Assembly: GCF_028289625.1 (NCBI RefSeq)
Contig: NZ_JANQOM010000053.1
Location: 2,023 to 66,022, forward strand
Length of the DNA: 64,000 nt
Direction of reading: 5' to 3'
Source: Winogradskyella sp.
GTDB lineage: Bacteria; Bacteroidota; Bacteroidia; Flavobacteriales; Flavobacteriaceae
Shown here: piece by piece, positions 57,762-64,000 of the stretch
Layout of the letters: each line of letters starts with the position of its first letter
Numbering within the stretch: the first letter of the stretch is position 1
Position numbers and translations under genes: made by a program
The notes under the pieces: generated by a model
The model's database searches: none
Seen by the model: only the letters and a program-made list of their open reading frames with translations
Told to the model about the DNA's origin: nothing

Positions 57762-58631
57762 TTAATTCCTATATAAAAAATACATCACTATAACATGAGG
57801 AACGGTAATTGCAGCCAAAAAGGCAAAAAAGACGGTGACAAAATTTATGCTAAAATAAGTAGTAGCAACATACAATAGCACTAAACCAACTATTGAAATC
57901 AACCAATACACAAATGATGATTTTATGTATTGAACAATATTCACCTTATTAGACTCGCCATAGAGTGTCTTAATTTGATCCATAAGACTAGGTATCGAAT
58001 GCCATACTACAAAATATATGGCGAAAGCCCATAATAATGCAGCTAACTTAAAGAGTATGGCAAATAGAAATATCAAAAACAATTCTTGAAAGTGATTGGT
58101 ATCCTGCCCGAAATTTTTGAGATTAAGACCATAAAGAATTATAGTTGAAACTATCCCAAAACCCATAAACCATAAAAATTGCTGTTCAGTTAAAGCATAA
58201 CCAATCAATTCGTTAATGATTAAGGACGTACTTTCTGAATTAAAGTAGAAAAGTAAACCGAATATTAAACAGCCATAACTTAAAAATAATAATCTGGCCC
58301 ATAGATTGAGATGTGTCATTTGATTATGAAAATGTTGTTCACCAAAGTGATAACAACTAATAAAGACAAAGAAAACAAGTGCTAAAATGGGTAAAATCAA
58401 AAATGCAGTAATATTTAAGAGAACCAAACCAATGTAAAACAAAAGGTACTTTACAGAAAGCTTCTTTTGTTTCTTTACAACTCTAATAAGTGAAATATCA
58501 TTTGACCCATGAATTATACCTATAGTTAATATAAAAAAGTAAGATAAATACTCCTCATAAGAAGTACTAATTTGGGTTGTTAACCAAAAAAGGAATACTG
58601 TTAATATTAAGTTGAAAACTGGGAATTTCAC
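57762..58631 (-). CDS. blh: Brp/Blh beta-carotene 15,15'-dioxygenase
   Basis: GIIHGSND, YHFGEQ, WHS, TVPH histidines; divergent from the rhodopsin gene. Confidence 0.92.
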   Translation of the reverse strand: MKFPVFNLILTVFLFWLTTQISTSYEEYLSYFFILTIGIIHGSNDISLIRVVKKQKKLSVKYLLFYIGLVLLNITAFLILPILALVFFVFISCYHFGEQHFHNQMTHLNLWARLLFLSYGCLIFGLLFYFNSESTSLIINELIGYALTEQQFLWFMGFGIVSTIILYGLNLKNFGQDTNHFQELFLIFLFAILFKLAALLWAFAIYFVVWHSIPSLMDQIKTLYGESNKVNIVQYIKSSFVYWLISIVGLVLLYVATTYFSINFVTVFFAFLAAITVPHVIVMYFLYRN

Positions 58632-58706
58632 AATATAAAAGTATGAAAATTATATTTTGTTTAATTTTTTTATGAAAACTTTAAACATTTTTTGTTTAAC
58701 TATTTT

Positions 58707-58714
58707 TAAATTTG
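58707..58714 (+). promoter_or_regulatory. -7 box for proteorhodopsin
   Basis: TAAATTTG 22 bp before ATG 58737. Confidence 0.6.
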
Positions 58715-58736
58715 TTTGAACAAAAAAATCATTTTT

Positions 58737-59480
58737 ATGAAATTACTAACCATACTCATCGATGGTACACAGAAAATTGCTACCGATGATTACGTAGGCT
58801 TTACATTCTTTGTTGGGTGTATGGCGATGATGGCCGCTTCGGCCTTTTTCTTTTTATCAATGAATAGTTTTGATAGAAAATGGAGAACTTCTATCCTAGT
58901 CTCAGGATTAATTACTTTTATTGCTGCGGTACATTATTGGTACATGAGAGATTATTGGGCTTCTTTTGCCGAATCTCCGACATTCTTTAGATATGTGGAT
59001 TGGGTGCTTACCGTACCATTAATGTGTGTTGAATTCTATCTTATTCTTAAGGTAGCAGGAGCTAAAAAGTCTTTAATGTGGCAAATGATCTTTCTATCCG
59101 TAGTAATGCTTGTTACTGGGTACTTTGGTGAAGCAGTTCATACGGCAGCACCTGGTCCAGCGATTTGGGGATTCATTTCTGGTGTAGCGTACTTTGCTAT
59201 CGTTTATATCATTTGGTTTGGAGCCGCAAAGAAATTGGCAGAACAAGCAGGTGGTGCTGTATTGAAGGCACACAAAACGCTTTGTTGGTTTGTACTGGTT
59301 GGATGGGCCATCTACCCATTAGGCTACATGGCTGGAACAGAAGGCTGGTATGATGGATTAGCTGGTTTAGGGCTAAATATGGATGTTATATATAACATAG
59401 GTGATGCCGTTAACAAAATAGGTTTCGGTCTTGTGGTTTATGCTGCTGCTGTAGCATCACAAGCTAAAGCTGAAGCTTAA
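58737..59480 (+). CDS. Proteorhodopsin (DTE proton pump, green-tuned Met105)
   Basis: AAVHY (His75), RYVDWVLTVPLMCVE, GWAIYP, DAVNKIGFG (retinal Lys). Confidence 0.97.
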   Translation: MKLLTILIDGTQKIATDDYVGFTFFVGCMAMMAASAFFFLSMNSFDRKWRTSILVSGLITFIAAVHYWYMRDYWASFAESPTFFRYVDWVLTVPLMCVEFYLILKVAGAKKSLMWQMIFLSVVMLVTGYFGEAVHTAAPGPAIWGFISGVAYFAIVYIIWFGAAKKLAEQAGGAVLKAHKTLCWFVLVGWAIYPLGYMAGTEGWYDGLAGLGLNMDVIYNIGDAVNKIGFGLVVYAAAVASQAKAEA

Positions 59481-59498
59481 TCTTAGTTTAATTAGGTC

Positions 59499-59529
59499 AA
59501 AAAGCCTTTCCTGAGGGGAAAGGCTTTTT
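59499..59529. terminator. Bidirectional terminator between proteorhodopsin and MATE
   Basis: aaaaagcctttcc...ggaaaggcttttt. Confidence 0.85.
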
Positions 59530-60936
59530 TTATACCTTAATGGCTTTCCAATGTCCTTTTTTAAACCAAATAAGTCCTATCACAGTAATCAACACCTCTG
59601 CTAAGGTAATTGCAATAAAAACACCTAGTGGACCTAAATCCAGTGACAAAGCCGATAAATACGCTAGCGGTAACTGAAACAACCAAAAACATATAAAATT
59701 AATCCATGTTGGTGTCTTGGTGTCCCCAGCCCCATTAAAGGCATTGATAATTACCATTCCATACCCATAAAACACATAACCTGCAGCGATAATTCTAAGG
59801 CATAATGCACCATTTTTAACCACTTCTGGCTCTTGGGTAAACCATGAAATAATCTCTGGAGCAAAAATGAGATAGACTATAGACACAAAGCCCATAAAAA
59901 AGGCACTGTACTTCCCTGTTTTCCAAACTGAAGCTTCAGCACGATCTGGCTCTTGGGCTCCTAAATTCTGTCCTACCAAAGTTGCCGCAGCATTGCTCAT
60001 GCCCCAAGCAGGCATTAACGTAAACATCATTACACGAATAGCAATGGTGTAGCCTGCTAGCACTTCACTTCCAAATTCGCTCATAATACGCATTAAAAAC
60101 ACCCAAGATGATGTGCCAATTAAAAATTGTCCGATACCACCTAACGATACTTTTATGAGATTAACCATTACAGCTACTCTAAGTACTATATCCTTTAAAG
60201 CGACTTTTATTTTACTCCAGCCATAAAACAAGACCAATAATTGAAAAATTACTGCTGTACCTCTGCCAATTGTCGTTGCAATAGCCGCTCCTTTTACGCC
60301 GTAAGCTGGCATGGGGCCAAGTCCAAAAATAAATATCGGATCTAGTATAATATTCAAACCGTTGGATAAGACTAAAGCCCACATCGCTATTGAGGCATCA
60401 CCTGCACCTCTAAAAACGGCATTGATCAAAAACAACAACATTATAGTAACGTTCCCGCCAAGTAATATTTGTGTATAACCATAGCCCTCGGCAATTAAAT
60501 CGGGTTCACCTCCCATTAATTGCAATATGTCTTTCGGAAAAAATATACCAATTGCGCTAATTATAGCGGCAACAAAAATGCCTAGACCAATTACCTGCAC
60601 AGTGGCTTGTGAAGCCCCTTCTCGATCTCCTTCTCCTATTCGCCTTGCTACAATAGCTGTAGCCGCCATACTTAACCCTATGGCAACAGCATATACAAGA
60701 GTGATTACAGATTCGGTAAGGCCTATAGTCGCAACGGCATTAACACTTACCTGAGAGACATAAAATATATCTACAATGGCAAAGATTGATTCCATGAGCA
60801 TTTCCAAAATCATTGGAATAGAAAGCATAAACACTGCTCTTCGAATACTGCCTGATGTAAAATCCTGTTCCTTGCCAGAAACTGCGATTCTTAAATATTT
60901 AAAAAATTGTTTTATTGAAATTTTCTTGGATTGCAT
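59530..60936 (-). CDS. MATE family efflux transporter
   Basis: 12 TM; FRGAGD, LNIILDPIFIFG, GAAIAT, VGQNLGA. Confidence 0.95.
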   Translation of the reverse strand: MQSKKISIKQFFKYLRIAVSGKEQDFTSGSIRRAVFMLSIPMILEMLMESIFAIVDIFYVSQVSVNAVATIGLTESVITLVYAVAIGLSMAATAIVARRIGEGDREGASQATVQVIGLGIFVAAIISAIGIFFPKDILQLMGGEPDLIAEGYGYTQILLGGNVTIMLLFLINAVFRGAGDASIAMWALVLSNGLNIILDPIFIFGLGPMPAYGVKGAAIATTIGRGTAVIFQLLVLFYGWSKIKVALKDIVLRVAVMVNLIKVSLGGIGQFLIGTSSWVFLMRIMSEFGSEVLAGYTIAIRVMMFTLMPAWGMSNAAATLVGQNLGAQEPDRAEASVWKTGKYSAFFMGFVSIVYLIFAPEIISWFTQEPEVVKNGALCLRIIAAGYVFYGYGMVIINAFNGAGDTKTPTWINFICFWLFQLPLAYLSALSLDLGPLGVFIAITLAEVLITVIGLIWFKKGHWKAIKV

Positions 60937-61065
60937 AACTAAAAATGAACTAGTAAAACATAGCTAAACAAATTGTTTTGTTTAACATTTTTACATCACA
61001 TGAAGAGTGACGATTTTTCCGAAAGGTGAATTAAGCAATCATGGCGCAAATATGCACATTATTTT

Positions 61066-61482
61066 TTAATTCTGAAGAAAATAAATCAATGTTATTAAAA
61101 ATAATAAGGTCCACAATGCTGTTCTTGCCCAATTTTTAGTTACCAATTTTTTACAGACATTCTCTACAGGATTATTACCATCTATACTAAAATGTAGTGG
61201 TACAAAGACTCTAAACGTTAGTATCCATAGTATTAAAATCAGCAATAAGCTAATGATGGTATACCAGTCCCTTATTTGCCATAAGTGAAAAATACCGAAT
61301 GCTAATTGACTAAACATCAAAGGTAATACTATGTAAGTAACACGTTTAGTGTAACTTCTATGCCACTTGACCAAATCTGATTTTGAATAATACGCAAAAC
61401 TCGGATAGATGACCAGCTGAACTGCCCAGATTAATACAACAAATCCAAAATCTATGAGCAGTCTTAATATTTCAAGTGTCAT
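61066..61482 (-). CDS. Hypothetical membrane protein
   Basis: LIWAVQLVIYPSF, VPLH, NWART; 4 TM segments. Confidence 0.7.
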   Translation of the reverse strand: MTLEILRLLIDFGFVVLIWAVQLVIYPSFAYYSKSDLVKWHRSYTKRVTYIVLPLMFSQLAFGIFHLWQIRDWYTIISLLLILILWILTFRVFVPLHFSIDGNNPVENVCKKLVTKNWARTALWTLLFLITLIYFLQN

Positions 61483-61483
61483 A

Positions 61484-61867
61484 TCAATTCGTCTTTCTTA
61501 CAATCCATACCCAATACATAAGAATTGGGTGGACAATTAATAATCTAACCCAAGCAATCCAAGGTGCCACACAAAACGCGCTTTCTACACAAGAACCTTT
61601 CAAGATAAAATCAACATGTGATGGTATAAATAGAATCAATAGGACGATAATTCCCTTAGCTGCTAACAGCCTCGTTTTTGGAAAAACAATACCTAGCCCT
61701 AAGAGAATTTCAAAAATACCGCTAGCATAGTTAATAAAGGAGTGAAACGGCAGATAATCAGGAATTAAATCTGAATAAAAATCTGGATTGATAAAATGAT
61801 AGCTGCCTGCAAAAAGATAGAAGCCAACTAATACTAAGCGCAAAATCTTAATCATGACAGTTTCCAT
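61484..61867 (-). CDS. DoxX-like membrane protein
   Basis: AGSYHFINPDFY..IP, SGIFEILLG. Confidence 0.75.
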   Translation of the reverse strand: METVMIKILRLVLVGFYLFAGSYHFINPDFYSDLIPDYLPFHSFINYASGIFEILLGLGIVFPKTRLLAAKGIIVLLILFIPSHVDFILKGSCVESAFCVAPWIAWVRLLIVHPILMYWVWIVRKTN

Positions 61868-62235
61868 TTATAATCTACATGTACTTTTTTCAGAATTAGA
61901 AAAAATGGAATCCACCAAATAAAATCATTGGTAATTAATGTATAAATAAATTCAAAAGGCACATCGCCATTTAGGTAATTGAAGATAAACCCTAAAGGAC
62001 CAAAAATTTTACCCAAAAAACCAACTGCTACAATTGGCCAATGTTTCATTGGATTATATGAAGCCCACCAATAGCCTAATCCATAGACACCAATAACCAT
62101 ACCCATACCTTGCCAAACCATGGGATGGTTTAAAGGGGCCATGCCAACAATTTCAAAAAAATGATTAGGGAAAAGAACTACCCAAGCTCCCCAAATAATA
62201 TTGTAAATCGCTGCAAATCGAAGTGTAAAACGCAT
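61852..62235 (-). CDS. Conserved hypothetical membrane protein
   Basis: WQGMGMVIGVYG, HWPIV..G.LGK, NDFIWW. Confidence 0.7.
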   Translation of the reverse strand: MRFTLRFAAIYNIIWGAWVVLFPNHFFEIVGMAPLNHPMVWQGMGMVIGVYGLGYWWASYNPMKHWPIVAVGFLGKIFGPLGFIFNYLNGDVPFEFIYTLITNDFIWWIPFFLILKKVHVDYKWKLS

Positions 62236-62286
62236 TTTTCTTTTTTACGCAAAGATAAGGAAGGTAAAATAGGTAAGCGGAAGTTT

Positions 62287-62397
62287 TTAGTCGTTTTTAC
62301 CCGCTTTGTTATAAGCACGAATCATAAGAATAGCCCATAGAGCAACGAGTGCTATAACTGCAATAGAAAACCATAATACAATGTCATTTGCTTCCAT
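62287..62397 (-). CDS. 36-aa single-TM small protein (not in ORF track)
   Basis: MEANDIVLWFSIAVIALVALWAILMIRAYNKAGKND; start overlaps the end of the upstream ORF. Confidence 0.55.
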   Translation of the reverse strand: MEANDIVLWFSIAVIALVALWAILMIRAYNKAGKND

Positions 62398-62572
62398 GAT
62401 CTACAAGTTTTAAGTAAATCATAACACCGAGTAAGGTTGGTGCCCAAAGGCCTACAAATATACCATGCATTTGATCTCCGGTTAAAAACAAATATTCTGC
62501 GACAAGAATTATAACTGCGCACAAAATCAACATAAGCAAATTCGCAGTTCCTAATTTTTTGAAGTAATCCAT
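62384..62572 (-). CDS. Small two-TM membrane protein
   Basis: GIFVGLWAPT motif; 62 aa. Confidence 0.65.
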   Translation of the reverse strand: MDYFKKLGTANLLMLILCAVIILVAEYLFLTGDQMHGIFVGLWAPTLLGVMIYLKLVDHGSK

Positions 62573-62646
62573 CTTTGAGGGTTAGTTTAAAACCTCAAGT
62601 TAACAAAAATTACAATGTGTGAAAAAAATACTAATAAAATAATTGG

Positions 62647-63999
62647 CTATTTGTAGTAGACTTTGTGCTTTCTATAAGCAAAGAAGGCTAATATTCCGAT
62701 GATAACCAATGTTATAGCAATAAACTGAAAACTTAATATTTGGTCACCACTAGCATACGCATGTAAACCTGACAAATAGAAATTTACGCCAAAATACGTC
62801 ATTAAAATACTACCGAAAGCCAAAACCGACATTAAATTATACAACCAACGTCCGCGCATTCCAGGCACCAAGCGCATATGAATGACAAACGCATAAATCA
62901 TAATGCTGATTAACGCCCAAGTTTCTTTTGGATCCCAGCCCCAATAACGTCCCCAACTTTCGTTAGCCCACATACCTCCCAAGAAATTACCAATAGTGAG
63001 CATCACTAAACCTACCGTCAATGCCAACTCATTAATTATGGTCAATTCTTTGATGTTGATAAGCATACGCTCTTTATTTGTTTTGTTAGTTAAAACCATA
63101 AGCAATAGTGCTACTACACCTAAAATCATACCTATAGCAAAGGGACCATAGCTTGCCACGATAACAGAAACGTGAATCATTAGCCAATAGCCTTGTAAAA
63201 CAGGTTGTAAATTGGCAATTGCAGGATCCATCCAATTCCAATGTGCAACCATCAGAATCATAGAACATACAAAAGCTGCAGATGCTATAGTGAGGTTACT
63301 CTTTCTACCAAATAAAAGACCAAATAGCATCACAGACCAAGCCACATAAATCATGGACTCATAGGCATCGCTCCAAGGAGCATGACCAGACAAATACCAA
63401 CGCCAAACTAAACTTAGCGTATGTGCAGTGAATAGAAGTATTGTAATTCCAATCATGCCATTTATGGCCCACTTCAACCCTTTGCTTCTGAATTGAAATA
63501 TCTGAACAATGATAAGGATAAACAATACAGTTGCCGTATACATGTACCAACTGAAGAGCTTCTTAAAAATATCGTATTTATTGTAAAGAATCTCAGATTC
63601 TATTTTTTCGTTAGATAACATAACGGCACTACCGAACTTCTGTTGGGTTTTCTTTATCCCTTCAAGTAGTTCTTCAGCTTTAGTAAAGTCACCCGTCTGC
63701 TTTGCATTATTTAATGTGACCAGATATGCACTAAAACCATTATTAATGAAATTTTGGTATAAAGAATCCTTTATTGTTTCACTGTAGCCTTTTTCCCTAA
63801 ATTCTAATGAAGAAATCCAAGTGTTGTTCTCATCTTCTGGAACTGGAAATATCTTTACCGAACGTCCTTCAATGGCATTATATAAAAGGTTGACGCGAGA
63901 GTCTGCTTCCTTAATTTCTTTTTGAAAACCATTAGGTACTTGCGCTTTGTATGCTTCTTCAAGATAAGGTCCTAATTTGTATGTTCCGTCTGGATTGAA
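62647..63999 (-). CDS. ccsA: Cytochrome c biogenesis protein CcsA (system II), 5' part outside the window
   Basis: WANESWGRYWGWDPKETW (WWD domain), GLHAY; frame continues upstream of ATG 63621 toward the window edge. Confidence 0.93.
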   Translation of the reverse strand, partial: FNPDGTYKLGPYLEEAYKAQVPNGFQKEIKEADSRVNLLYNAIEGRSVKIFPVPEDENNTWISSLEFREKGYSETIKDSLYQNFINNGFSAYLVTLNNAKQTGDFTKAEELLEGIKKTQQKFGSAVMLSNEKIESEILYNKYDIFKKLFSWYMYTATVLFILIIVQIFQFRSKGLKWAINGMIGITILLFTAHTLSLVWRWYLSGHAPWSDAYESMIYVAWSVMLFGLLFGRKSNLTIASAAFVCSMILMVAHWNWMDPAIANLQPVLQGYWLMIHVSVIVASYGPFAIGMILGVVALLLMVLTNKTNKERMLINIKELTIINELALTVGLVMLTIGNFLGGMWANESWGRYWGWDPKETWALISIMIYAFVIHMRLVPGMRGRWLYNLMSVLAFGSILMTYFGVNFYLSGLHAYASGDQILSFQFIAITLVIIGILAFFAYRKHKVYYK

Positions 64000-64000
64000 A

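Noticed and set aside
1..64000. Integrase, transposase, reverse transcriptase or prophage genes
   Set aside because: No ORF with recognisable tyrosine/serine recombinase, DDE, RT or phage structural motifs; the array's recombinase cannot be identified from this window.

Overview
AT-rich Flavobacteriaceae-type (marine Bacteroidota) chromosome, judged from the gene set and TAnnTTTG promoters. Positions 1 to ~20 kb hold an array of ~25 unrelated, co-oriented (+) accessory genes separated by ~19 imperfect palindromic elements bounded by AAC...GTT. The 9-14 bp after each GTT pairs with the end of the downstream gene unit rather than with the element's own left arm, and stem mismatches are mostly A.C on the top strand (G.T on the bottom). 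This is the pattern expected of integron-like attC gene cassettes. No integrase is in the window, and the elements decay from left to right. Many elements also carry a forward Bacteroidota -7 promoter-like box and nested mini-hairpins. From ~20 kb to 64 kb the sequence is mostly core genome: pheT, tpx, dgkA, ftsK, lolA, lptF/G, ribB, GH16, kdnA-like, tRNA-Ser, tRNA-His, bshB1, an SLC13-DUF4914-pckA cluster with a shared palindromic operator, blh with a divergent green proteorhodopsin, MATE and a partial ccsA. All calls are by eye; no database searches were run.
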